64,000 nt of DNA from positions 65,720-129,719 of the forward strand of contig URSF01000001.1 in NCBI GenBank assembly GCA_900550445.1. The letters run 5' to 3'. The DNA comes from an uncultured Rhodospirillaceae bacterium (lineage in GTDB: Bacteria; Pseudomonadota; Alphaproteobacteria; CAAGCB01; CAG-977). A model generated the notes under the pieces. It made no database searches. It worked only from the letters and a program-made list of their open reading frames with translations, and had not been told where the DNA came from. Of this stretch, positions 1-8,818 are shown piece after piece; positions within the stretch are counted from its first letter, which is position 1, and every line of letters starts with the position of its first letter. The position numbers were made by a program, and so were the translations under genes.

Positions 1-1761
1 GCGCACCAAAATTAAAACGTCGCCGGGACGGATCGGCCTGTTTTCGGATTCCAGGATTTCTTTTGAAGAAACCATATCGGCGATTTTCTGTGCGATTTTG
101 CGCGCCAGCCGGGCGGACGGAGATTCGGAATAAACGCGTTCCACCGGTTTGGTAAAGGCTTTTTGCGCATCGTTATCCCGCGGTTTTTCCGTCGGCCATA
201 TTTCGACCAGTCCGGCCTGTTTTTTGCGCCAGGACAAATGGGCGGCGTTTTCTCCGTCGTCAACGACGCCTTTGCGCGCCGGGTCGAAACGCAGGACAAA
301 GTTAACGACGTCAATGACGGCCTGTACGGATCTGAAAGAAATATACATCGGCACGTCGTTCCATTTCCTGCCGGCGGATTCGACTTTTGATTTGAAAAAG
401 GAGCGCATTTTTTCAAACTCTTCGGGAACGGCGCCCTGAAAACTGAAAATCGACTGTTTCCTGTCCCCGACGGCGAAGATCGTTCTGTTCTGCGGGCGCA
501 TGCCGTCGCCGGCGAAAAATTCTTCGGCCAGCGCTTTGATGATCGCCCACTGGTCCGGACTGGTATCCTGCGCTTCGTCAACCAGAATGTGGTCGACGCC
601 GCCGTCCAGTTTAAACAAAACCCAGGCCGCGGCGCCGGATTTTTCCAACAGAGTCCTTGCCCCGGCGATCAGATCGTCGTAATCCATGGCGCAACGTTCG
701 TTTTTTAACGCCGTATATTCGTTTAAAACGGCCGAACTTAGTTCAAACAAAGCCAACGAAATCCGCTTGGTCGTCAGGGAAGCCAGTCGTTTTTGCAGCA
801 ATTCCGCTCTTTTTGCTTCCGCGGTCATGGCGGGCAGGGCGGTTTCGGATTCTTTACAGCACAGCTGTTTGCGGATTTCGTTTTCCGCTGTTAAAAACAC
901 GGACAGATATTCGGGCAAAAGGGTAATTCTGTCTTCTTCGGCAGCATTTAGAAAAGCGTCTGTCTTTAAAAATTTGTCCGTATCCGTTTTTTTCTTTGAA
1001 ACGCCCAAAACGGCGGCGGTCTGGCGCAGCTCGCTTTCCCGTTCTTCGGATAAACGGCAGAAGTCCGCCCGTAAAGAATCTGCGGTGCAACCCCGCGGCA
1101 GATCCAGAGCGTCTTCATAAGCGGCGATTAATTCTTCGGGCGTTGCAAATTGCGCATTGATCCGCTTGACGGCGGCCAGATGAATCGTCATCTCTGTCAG
1201 AACGTCTAAGAAGCCGTCTTCCGTCGTTACGGCGGTAATCGTTTCCAGGCAGGCGGCGTAACGGCTTTGGCCGAGGACTTTGTTCTGCGCCTGTTCAATC
1301 AATTCCATGGCGCCGCGTTCGTCTAAAACGTCAAATTGAGGGGAAACGCCGGCTTCCAGCGGGAAACGTTTCAGCAAAGACTGACAAAAACTGTGCAGCG
1401 TTGTGACCTTTAATCCGCCGGCCGTGTCCAGCAGCCGGGCAAACAGCCGTCTGGCGCGCGCGATCAAAGCCGCGTCGGGGGGCGCGTCGCGCAGCTCCGT
1501 CAATTCCCTGACCAGCAGAGATTCCTCCTGTGCCGCCCATTTGGCCAGGCGTTCGGCGATTTTGTTCGCCATCTGCGCCGCGGCCGTGCGCGTAAACGTC
1601 AGACACAGGATTTTTTCGGGCGGCGTTCCCGTCAGTAACAGGTTTAACACGCGGTCGGAAAGCACTTTTGTCTTTCCCGATCCCGCGGAAGCCGCCACCC
1701 ATGCGGATTCAAAAGGATTGGCCGCCAGACGCTGCAATGCGTTCGGATCTGTCAAATCCAT
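1..1761 (-). CDS. addA: ATP-dependent helicase/nuclease subunit AddA, N-terminal ~587 aa; gene continues beyond window start
   Basis: Hand reverse-complement translation from ATG at 1761..1759 gives MDLTDPNALQRLAANPFESAWVAASAGSGKTKVLSDRVLNLLLTG (UvrD-like Walker A, GSGKT) in one frame down to position 1. Absent from the ORF track because it has no in-window stop. Start abuts the addB stop (TAA 1762..1764). Confidence 0.8.
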   Translation of the reverse strand, partial: MDLTDPNALQRLAANPFESAWVAASAGSGKTKVLSDRVLNLLLTGTPPEKILCLTFTRTAAAQMANKIAERLAKWAAQEESLLVRELTELRDAPPDAALIARARRLFARLLDTAGGLKVTTLHSFCQSLLKRFPLEAGVSPQFDVLDERGAMELIEQAQNKVLGQSRYAACLETITAVTTEDGFLDVLTEMTIHLAAVKRINAQFATPEELIAAYEDALDLPRGCTADSLRADFCRLSEERESELRQTAAVLGVSKKKTDTDKFLKTDAFLNAAEEDRITLLPEYLSVFLTAENEIRKQLCCKESETALPAMTAEAKRAELLQKRLASLTTKRISLALFELSSAVLNEYTALKNERCAMDYDDLIAGARTLLEKSGAAAWVLFKLDGGVDHILVDEAQDTSPDQWAIIKALAEEFFAGDGMRPQNRTIFAVGDRKQSIFSFQGAVPEEFEKMRSFFKSKVESAGRKWNDVPMYISFRSVQAVIDVVNFVLRFDPARKGVVDDGENAAHLSWRKKQAGLVEIWPTEKPRDNDAQKAFTKPVERVYSESPSARLARKIAQKIADMVSSKEILESENRPIRPGDVLILVR

Positions 1762-4704
1762 TTATTCCTCCTGCCGTTCAGATGAATCGGACGAGGCCCA
1801 TTCGTCAAACCGCGCCAGATGGTCAAAGTCGTTATATTGAAGTGAAACGCTGACGTCCGGCGTTGCCAGATAGGGCGTTTGGGGATCGTCGTAAGTGTTG
1901 ATCAGGTCTTTTAAACGTTCCAGCGCTTCGTCGGATAAAGTTTCGGTTTCTTCCTGATTCGTCGTAATCTGCCGGATCGTTCCGCCGTCCTGCTGTCCGC
2001 GCAAACGCCAATATTCCATGGCTGCCGCGGGTTTGTCTTTGACGTTTTTAAATCCGTTGTGCCGTAAAACGGCGGCTTCCAGCGGCAGCTGCGGGGAATA
2101 ACCGGTCAAAACGGATTTTTTCGCGGGCAGCAGGCCCGTTTTGTAATCAATCAAAGTAACGTCGCCGTCATTCCCGACGTCGATTCGGTCGGCCGTGCAG
2201 GACAGTGTAAAATCGCCGCCTTTGGTTTTAAAGGAAATCTCGCCTTCCTGTTCGCATAGAATCTTTGCCGTGCCGGCCTGCCGTTCTTCCTGCCGGCGGA
2301 TAAACCATTTCAGGGCGGATTCCAGACGCGGTTTCCAAAAAGCGGCGGCCGTCTGCGAAAAATTCAAATCTTTAAACAGTTCCGCCCCGATTTTCAGTAT
2401 TTCGGATTCAGCGTCGACAGGCAATTTTGACGGATATTTTGAACAAAACGTTTCAACGGCTTTGTGAACAATCGTGCCGTAATCGGCGGCGTTAAACTCT
2501 TCGTCAACATCGTCCAGCGGCCGCAGCCCCAGAATATACTGCGCGTAAATCGAATACGGATCGCGCATCAGCGTTTCGATTTTTGTCACGGATAATCTGC
2601 GCGGACGGGCTGATACCGGCGGGTTCGGTTGCGGCGGCAGAAAAGACAAAACTGCTTTCGGTTCGTCAATCCGGCGCGCCCAGTCCTGCCGGTTTCCTTT
2701 TTCAAAACTTAAACCGGAAATATCCAAAACGGTCTGCAGACGCATTAACCAGCGCGACGGTACGCTGGGGGCGCCGCCTTCCTTGACGGAACGGGTCATA
2801 ATCAGATTTTCGGCGCAGAAAGCCTGAGCAAAATCGTGCGCCGACAGAGCGATTTTTCTTTCCGGCGCAGACAGGCCGCACTGTTCGCGCATCGGGCGGG
2901 ACAGCCACGGGTCGGCTTCGGGCGTTTTGGGCCATGTGCCTTCGTTTAATCCGCCTAAAATCAAAACGTCGGGCTGAATCAGGCGCGCTTCCATCGTTCC
3001 CAGAATATCCAGCCGCGGGTGCATGCCGTATTTCGGGCGGACGGTAACGCTTTTGAATAGTGCTTTTAAAAGCGATAAATATTCGGCTGGCATAACTTTT
3101 CCGATCAATGCCGCCTGTTCTTTTAACGCGGTGAAAAAAGCCGCCGCGGCTTCCCCCGCTTCGCCGGTCCACAACCGTTCGGCGCCGGTTCTGTCCGCGC
3201 TTTGCGCCAGCTGTTCCGCGGCGTTTAAATGCGCATTCAGCAACGTTTCAAAATCCTGCGCCGCAGGATCTGTCATATTTTGGGTAAAGGGGCCCAGACG
3301 AGTTTCCAGATCGTTGATAAAATCGGTTATTTCCGGTATGCCGGCCGTTTCCGCCGCCCGCTTTAATCCGGCAAAACCGTTGCCGGGGCGTTTGCCGCGC
3401 AGCAGGTTTTTTTCCAGCCGGCGCACCAAAGAACGAAACGGAGCGAAACTTTTAGCGCCCAAAGCCAGCGGGTGTTTTAAACAGGCCAGCATTTCCACGG
3501 GCGCCCAGTCGGTTAAAGCCGCCTGTCCCAGCAGCAAAAGAAAAGCCCCTAAAGGAGTCAGCGTCAGGTTCGTACCGGCGGAATCGTCCATAATAATTCC
3601 CCAGCGGTTCATTTCGGCGACGACGCGGCGGGCCAAAGATCTGTCCGGCGTAATCAGCGCGGCGGTTTTTCCGGGGGTTTCCAGCGTTTCGCGCAGAACC
3701 AGAGCGATAATCAGGGCTTCTTCCTGCACGTTGGCGCAGTCGATTTTTTCAATGCCGGCCACAGCTTCCCGACTGAATTTTTCGGCCGTCCGCCAATGAT
3801 CGGTCGTCGCCGCCGGACGCATCGCTTCGCTGATCAGGCGCAGCCGTTCGCCGCGCACGGGCGGATTGTTTCCGAAAACGCGCACGTCCGCCCGCGTGAT
3901 TCCCATTTTTTCCAGCAGTTTTTTCAGATTATACTGCGGGTGGGACGGTTCGCAGGCGGCGAAACTTTCTTCGTCCAGCAGCATATCCAGCCCCGGCAGA
4001 ATCACTTTGCCGTTCGGCATGGCGGCTATGGCGTCCAACAGTTCGGCCGTCGCGGGCTGCGACCCTGTCGAACCGGCGGCAATGACGGGAAAGGGCGGCG
4101 GATTTTTGCGCCAGAAATCGGCCTGCGCCCTGAATAAACGCGCTTGCCGGTCGGCGGCGTCAATAACGCCTTCTTCTTTTAAAATTTCAGGCCAGGCCGC
4201 CGTAACAATTTCCAAAAAGACCAGCGTTTCCTGCCAGTGGGCGGCAAATTCGTCGGGCACAAGATTTTTCAGCCGGTCAAACGGCATGCTTTCAATGTAG
4301 GTTTCGTCCAAAAACTGCGCCAAAGCGTCTGCCAGATGCAGCGCTTTTTCGGCGCCGAGCGGCTGCGGGCTGCGTTTTTGAATCAGCTTGCTTAATAATA
4401 AACGCCGGCGCAGCGGGTCAATCGCGTCCGGCAGATCTGCGGCGTTTAATAAAGATAAACGCCCCTGCGTTTCTTCGTCTTCGACGGCGGAAAACGGGAT
4501 TAAACGCGGCAACATCAGCGGCCGTCCGCCGCTTTGGCGAAGAAAAGCTTCCTGAACAGTTTTGCATGCGCGTCGGGTCGGCAAAAACAAAACCGTTTTT
4601 GCCAGTTCGGACGGCGTGTCCGCATGCCGGCTTAACAGTTCTACCGCCAGTGTGTCGGCAAAAGAAAAAACAGGCGCGATCGTAAAAACGTTTTTAACCG
4701 TCAT
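1762..4704 (-). CDS. addB: Double-strand break repair protein AddB (980 aa), C-terminal RecB-family nuclease
   Basis: 980-aa ORF. C-terminal nuclease motif DRIDVGNDGDVTLIDYKTG. addB-addA order and adjacency as in alphaproteobacteria. Confidence 0.85.
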   Translation of the reverse strand: MTVKNVFTIAPVFSFADTLAVELLSRHADTPSELAKTVLFLPTRRACKTVQEAFLRQSGGRPLMLPRLIPFSAVEDEETQGRLSLLNAADLPDAIDPLRRRLLLSKLIQKRSPQPLGAEKALHLADALAQFLDETYIESMPFDRLKNLVPDEFAAHWQETLVFLEIVTAAWPEILKEEGVIDAADRQARLFRAQADFWRKNPPPFPVIAAGSTGSQPATAELLDAIAAMPNGKVILPGLDMLLDEESFAACEPSHPQYNLKKLLEKMGITRADVRVFGNNPPVRGERLRLISEAMRPAATTDHWRTAEKFSREAVAGIEKIDCANVQEEALIIALVLRETLETPGKTAALITPDRSLARRVVAEMNRWGIIMDDSAGTNLTLTPLGAFLLLLGQAALTDWAPVEMLACLKHPLALGAKSFAPFRSLVRRLEKNLLRGKRPGNGFAGLKRAAETAGIPEITDFINDLETRLGPFTQNMTDPAAQDFETLLNAHLNAAEQLAQSADRTGAERLWTGEAGEAAAAFFTALKEQAALIGKVMPAEYLSLLKALFKSVTVRPKYGMHPRLDILGTMEARLIQPDVLILGGLNEGTWPKTPEADPWLSRPMREQCGLSAPERKIALSAHDFAQAFCAENLIMTRSVKEGGAPSVPSRWLMRLQTVLDISGLSFEKGNRQDWARRIDEPKAVLSFLPPQPNPPVSARPRRLSVTKIETLMRDPYSIYAQYILGLRPLDDVDEEFNAADYGTIVHKAVETFCSKYPSKLPVDAESEILKIGAELFKDLNFSQTAAAFWKPRLESALKWFIRRQEERQAGTAKILCEQEGEISFKTKGGDFTLSCTADRIDVGNDGDVTLIDYKTGLLPAKKSVLTGYSPQLPLEAAVLRHNGFKNVKDKPAAAMEYWRLRGQQDGGTIRQITTNQEETETLSDEALERLKDLINTYDDPQTPYLATPDVSVSLQYNDFDHLARFDEWASSDSSERQEE

Positions 4705-5416
4705 CAGGCTGATCCTTCAGCTTTTGTTCCGCCAAAGCCAAAGCTTCCGGCGTACCGACGTGATACCAGTCGCCGTCGCCGACGACGGCGGCCAGCCGTC
4801 CCGCTTTTTCAGCCCGGTCATACAGCAGGTTTAATGAAAATTTTCCGTCCGGAGCGTCGTCAAAAATCCGCGGGTTTAAAATCTGCGCGCCCGCATAAAC
4901 AAAGGGAGCGGTTTCTTCTTCGGGTTTTTTGCGTCGCGGCCGGCCGCTTTCAATAAAATAATCCCCTTTGCCGTCGTGGCCGTATACATGTTCGACCGGC
5001 CACAGCAATAATAAAATATCGGCCCGCGTTTCATCAAAAACCTGCGCCATACGTTGCAGCGCCGGCGTTTTTTCCGTCCACAACGGGTCTGCGTTTAAAA
5101 CAAAAAAAGGCCTGTCCCCCAGCAAAGGCAGCGCTTTTTTTACGCCGCCGCCGGTTTCCAGAGCATTTTCTTCTTCTGAAAAAGTAAACCGCATATCCGT
5201 GCGTTTATTCAGGTTTTCCTTGATCTGTTTCCCTAAATAACACACGTTGACAACGCAGTCTTTAATTCCGTACGCCGCGATTTTATCGGCTACGCGGTCG
5301 ATCAGCGTTTCGCCCAGCACTTTAATCAGCGGTTTGGGCGTTTCGTCGGTCAAAGCGCGCATGCGCGTTCCGCGGCCGGCCGCCAGAATCATCGCTTTGT
5401 TTATTTCAACAGACAT
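4694..5416 (-). CDS. murU: Sugar-phosphate nucleotidyltransferase, MurNAc-alpha-1-P uridylyltransferase-like
   Basis: N-terminus MILAAGRGTRMRALTDETPKPL (GlmU/RmlA-type NTP-transferase G-loop). Paired with the downstream APH-family kinase as in the AmgK/MurU recycling pair. Confidence 0.7.
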   Translation of the reverse strand: MSVEINKAMILAAGRGTRMRALTDETPKPLIKVLGETLIDRVADKIAAYGIKDCVVNVCYLGKQIKENLNKRTDMRFTFSEEENALETGGGVKKALPLLGDRPFFVLNADPLWTEKTPALQRMAQVFDETRADILLLLWPVEHVYGHDGKGDYFIESGRPRRKKPEEETAPFVYAGAQILNPRIFDDAPDGKFSLNLLYDRAEKAGRLAAVVGDGDWYHVGTPEALALAEQKLKDQPDDG

Positions 5417-6417
5417 GCGGGGATTCCTCTGTATTCGGCCGGAATGTTTTTATCAAACCAGACTTTTAATTTGCCCAGAACCGGGTGTTCCAAAGCACGT
5501 TCCAGCAGCCGCCACAAACGCGGCAGGTGCTGTAAATAACGGTTTTTTTTGTCACGGACGCACAGACGGACAAAAATGCCCAGCACTTTAACGTGGCGCT
5601 GCGCGGCCAGAACAGCCCATGAGGCCAGAAAATCCTGTTCGTTCGGCAGCTTTGCTCCCAGTCCCGTCATATATCTGTCCCGCATATCCGCCAACAGCTG
5701 CGGGTCAATATCGCGGCGGGCGTCTTCCATTAACGACATAATATCGTAAGTGATCGTGCCGTGCAGAGCGTCCTGGAAATCCAAAAGACCGCAGGCGTGA
5801 ATCCCTTTGCGGCCGTCCAGCAGCAAAAGGTTGTCCACATGATAATCGCGCAACACCAGCGTTTTGGGGACATTGTTGGCAATCGGGAACAGCTCTTCCC
5901 ACAACAAGACAAAATCGTCAACGATTTCTTTGTTTGTTTCTTTGCCGAACGCCGCCGGCATAAACCAGTCGGGGAACAGCATGACTTCGCGTTTTAAGGC
6001 CTCTTCGTCATAAGGCGCCAATCCTTCGGGGATAACTTCCGCTTCGTCATGCGAATGCAGATCGATCAGCAGATCGACGGCCAGCTCGTACAGTTTTCTT
6101 TCGTCCGCACCGTTTTTTAACAGGCGGGTATAAGTCGAATCTCCGAAATCTTCCAGTAAAACAAAGCCGTTTTCTTCGTCCTGCGCGTAAACGTGCGGCG
6201 CGCTGTATCCTAATTCTTCCAGTTTTTGGTCAATCGTTAAAAACGGCCGGACGTTTTCCATTGGCGGCGGCGCGTCCATTAGTACCATCGATTCGCTGCC
6301 GCGCGTCAGCCGGTCATAGTGCCTGAACGACGCGTCTGCGGCCAGCAGCTTTCTGTCCGCGTCGTCCCAGGCGTTTTCCTTTAAAAAGCGATTTAAGTGT
6401 TCAATACGTTCCGACAT
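5401..6417 (-). CDS. amgK: Aminoglycoside phosphotransferase-fold kinase, anomeric MurNAc/GlcNAc kinase-like
   Basis: APH-family catalytic motif DYHVDNLLLL. Overlaps the murU-like start by 16 nt (operon). Confidence 0.7.
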   Translation of the reverse strand: MSERIEHLNRFLKENAWDDADRKLLAADASFRHYDRLTRGSESMVLMDAPPPMENVRPFLTIDQKLEELGYSAPHVYAQDEENGFVLLEDFGDSTYTRLLKNGADERKLYELAVDLLIDLHSHDEAEVIPEGLAPYDEEALKREVMLFPDWFMPAAFGKETNKEIVDDFVLLWEELFPIANNVPKTLVLRDYHVDNLLLLDGRKGIHACGLLDFQDALHGTITYDIMSLMEDARRDIDPQLLADMRDRYMTGLGAKLPNEQDFLASWAVLAAQRHVKVLGIFVRLCVRDKKNRYLQHLPRLWRLLERALEHPVLGKLKVWFDKNIPAEYRGIPACLLK

Positions 6418-6926
6418 AAGTCCGATTTCTCCATTCTGCCCTGCCAGCCTGTACCGCGGGCCGTAAGGGTTAAAGTTCTTTTATCCGCTTTTCCGGCGGG
6501 AATTTGAATTTGAATGTCCAGCCGATCCCGCGGCAGCAGTCGTTCGGCGCGCTGCGGCCATTCGATCAGGGAAACGCCGTCGCTTAAGGCTTCTTCAAAT
6601 CCGATTTCGTAAATTTCCTGCGCCGTTTTTAACCGGTACAGGTCAAAATGCCAGATTGTCAAAGGATTGCCTCCGGTTCGTCCGGCCGCCGCGTCATAAA
6701 GCTGAACCAAAGTAAAAGTCGGGCTGGGAACGTCTTCGTTTTCATCGGTCAGGGCGCGGATAAAAGCTCTGGCGAAAACGGTCTTCCCGGCCCCCAGATC
6801 ACCGGATAAAGTGATTACGTCACGCTGCCGGACCTGACCGGCCAGACAGGCGGCAAAAGATTCCAACTGCTGACGGGACAGATCCGTCAAAATCAACGGA
6901 TCAGAAGAAATCAAAGACGCTACCAT
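6393..6926 (-). CDS. tsaE: tRNA t6A37 biosynthesis ATPase TsaE (YjeE)
   Basis: P-loop GDLGAGKTVFARAF, ~160-170 aa size. Conserved position upstream of the kinase/NTase pair. Confidence 0.85.
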   Translation of the reverse strand: MVASLISSDPLILTDLSRQQLESFAACLAGQVRQRDVITLSGDLGAGKTVFARAFIRALTDENEDVPSPTFTLVQLYDAAAGRTGGNPLTIWHFDLYRLKTAQEIYEIGFEEALSDGVSLIEWPQRAERLLPRDRLDIQIQIPAGKADKRTLTLTARGTGWQGRMEKSDLCRNVLNT

Positions 6927-7839
6927 TTTTCTTTGACCGCGGCGCAGGCAGTTTCGGCACTTTGATTTTTGCTTTTTGCCGCTGAATCTGCTGTTGTTCC
7001 ACTTTCCATTCCCAGGGCATTTGGAACTGCCCCGCCCACAGACCGCTTTTAGCCTGCTGAGCTTTCGTCTGATAAGGAATATATATCTGCGTGACGGCCG
7101 GCAAAGCGATTGCCCAGCCTTCTTCGACCAAAGCAGCGCCGATATCGAACGTTCCGACCGAACAGGCCGCCATTAATTCCTGCTGAGCATTAACATTCAT
7201 GACCCGGCAGGAAATTTCATCGCCGCTGACAAAATCACGCAGCATGCGCGCGGCGACATAACCACATTCATACGAATGGCCGTTTTGGTCAATACAATTT
7301 TGGTCAATTAACGGCGAAGCAATGCCGTACAGGCGGATCGTATGCTGTCCGATTCGGAAAACGTCGCCGCTGACAATCGATTCTATTCTGCCTTTCACGA
7401 CCTGCGGAATCGGCACGGCTCGCGGACCGGTTGCCGGCGGCAGGCCGACCAGATCCGTTTCCTGGGCGGGAACGGCCGCAGCTTGCGGCATAGCGGCGGG
7501 GACAGCGCCGGGCATTGCGGGAATCGCGGCCGGAATCTGCTGTACGGCGGCAGGGGCGGGAGCCGGTTTGCTCAGGAATTTTGCGCTGACGTTTTGCAAC
7601 ATGTCCGATCCTGAAACAAAGAAGAAAAGAACGGCGACGATAACTGCCATCAACACAAATGTGGACATACAGCCCAGAAAACGCCATAACCCTTTTCCCA
7701 AAAAGAAAAAGCTCAGTATGCCGATTAAAATTGCGCCGCCGCCGACGGCCATATCCGAACCTGATCCGGTTTGAAAACAAAGGCTGCCGATATAAGAAGA
7801 GGCCAAACCGATAACAAGAAGAGCAAGCCGCAAAAACAC
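6901..7839 (-). CDS. Membrane-anchored thermonuclease (SNase-fold) family protein with Pro/Ala-rich linker
   Basis: N-terminal multi-TM segment, PA-rich spacer, then SNase-like block GDVFRIGQHTIRLYGIASP...YECGYVAARMLRDFV...EEGWAIALP. Confidence 0.6.
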   Translation of the reverse strand: MFLRLALLVIGLASSYIGSLCFQTGSGSDMAVGGGAILIGILSFFFLGKGLWRFLGCMSTFVLMAVIVAVLFFFVSGSDMLQNVSAKFLSKPAPAPAAVQQIPAAIPAMPGAVPAAMPQAAAVPAQETDLVGLPPATGPRAVPIPQVVKGRIESIVSGDVFRIGQHTIRLYGIASPLIDQNCIDQNGHSYECGYVAARMLRDFVSGDEISCRVMNVNAQQELMAACSVGTFDIGAALVEEGWAIALPAVTQIYIPYQTKAQQAKSGLWAGQFQMPWEWKVEQQQIQRQKAKIKVPKLPAPRSKKNGSVFDFF

Positions 7840-7940
7840 GTCAGATTCCTTTCCGAATTAAACGAAATATTTATGTCATTAAAAATAAAGCAGCGGATAA
7901 TGTCAAGAATCCGCCGCTTTATTTTTTTTATTATCCTGTT

Positions 7941-8696
7941 TTAGCGCGTATATTCATCGCGTTTGCGCAGACGCATTTGATTCGCGCGGAAACTTTCCTG
8001 CTCGCGGCGTTTGGAAATTTGATATTTTTTCGCAAAATCCGTATCGCGTTTCGTGACGGCCTGATTTTTGCTTAATCCGCGCAGTTTTCTTAATCTTTCG
8101 ACGCTGATTTTCTGACCTTTGGCGTCTGTAATGTACAATTCCTTTTTAGCCGTTCTTTCCAGATATTTTTTCCGGCTGCGTTCGATTTTGGCGCGCGACA
8201 GACGGCTTTTACGTTCGGACGGCAGCAGTTTGTGCTTGGATCTTTTTCTGCGTTTTGTTTCGCCTTCCAATCCGCGGACGTCGCGTTTTTTCAATTCCAG
8301 CGGTTTTTCCCTTCCGACATAACGATTCGATTCCTGCGCCCGTCTGATGTCTTCGACGGAAAGCAGTCCTTCCATTCCCAGCTTGCGTTCCTGACGCAAC
8401 AGGTTGTTGCGGACTTCCAGTTTTTCTCCGATCTGGCGTATGTCTTCCCGGCGTTGTTTTTCGGCGGCCGAAATCGCGCGCGGTTGACGGTTCTGTTCGG
8501 CTTTTTCCGCATACAGGCGATCCTCGGCTTCTTTTGCGGCGCGAGCCGTTCGGTACAAAACATTATCGTTTTTAACAATATTTGAATGTACGTTTTTTTC
8601 TTCGGCGGCGCGGCGCTGCTGCCATACCAGGCTGCTGTTATCGGCCAGACGAATGCGTTTTTTCCTGTTTTCTTCCATTTTTTCGATCCTACTCAT
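7941..8696 (-). CDS. Hypothetical highly charged (K/R/E-rich) coiled-coil-like protein
   Basis: ORF 7941..8780. Probable start at MSRIEKMEEN (8696) or MEENRKK (8678, AGGA 8 nt upstream). Minus-strand TATAAT at 8730..8735. Extreme Lys/Arg/Glu composition (e.g. KRRKRSKHKLLPSERKSRLSRAKIERSRKKYLER). Confidence 0.4.
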   Translation of the reverse strand: MSRIEKMEENRKKRIRLADNSSLVWQQRRAAEEKNVHSNIVKNDNVLYRTARAAKEAEDRLYAEKAEQNRQPRAISAAEKQRREDIRQIGEKLEVRNNLLRQERKLGMEGLLSVEDIRRAQESNRYVGREKPLELKKRDVRGLEGETKRRKRSKHKLLPSERKSRLSRAKIERSRKKYLERTAKKELYITDAKGQKISVERLRKLRGLSKNQAVTKRDTDFAKKYQISKRREQESFRANQMRLRKRDEYTR

Positions 8697-8729
8697 CAGA
8701 AAAACCGAGATCTTATTACCACACTTTTC

Positions 8730-8735
8730 ATTATA
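8730..8735 (-). promoter_or_regulatory. Candidate sigma70 -10 box (TATAAT) upstream of K/R/E-rich gene
   Basis: Minus strand reads ...tttgctgTATAATgaaaagtgtgg... about 35 nt upstream of the putative start, in a T-rich tract. Confidence 0.35.
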
Positions 8736-8818
8736 CAGCAAAGGAAAGAAAAAAAAAGATTTTTTGGAAAAAATCGACAAAAAACAGAAAAAGAATATCC
8801 GAAAATATAAAAAAATAC

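Noticed and set aside
2702-4300. Several 100-260 aa ORFs on both strands (e.g. 3023..3799 +, 3866..4300 +, 2702..3172 -)
   Set aside because: All lie inside or antisense to addB. Arg/Ala-rich translations typical of out-of-frame GC-rich coding DNA.
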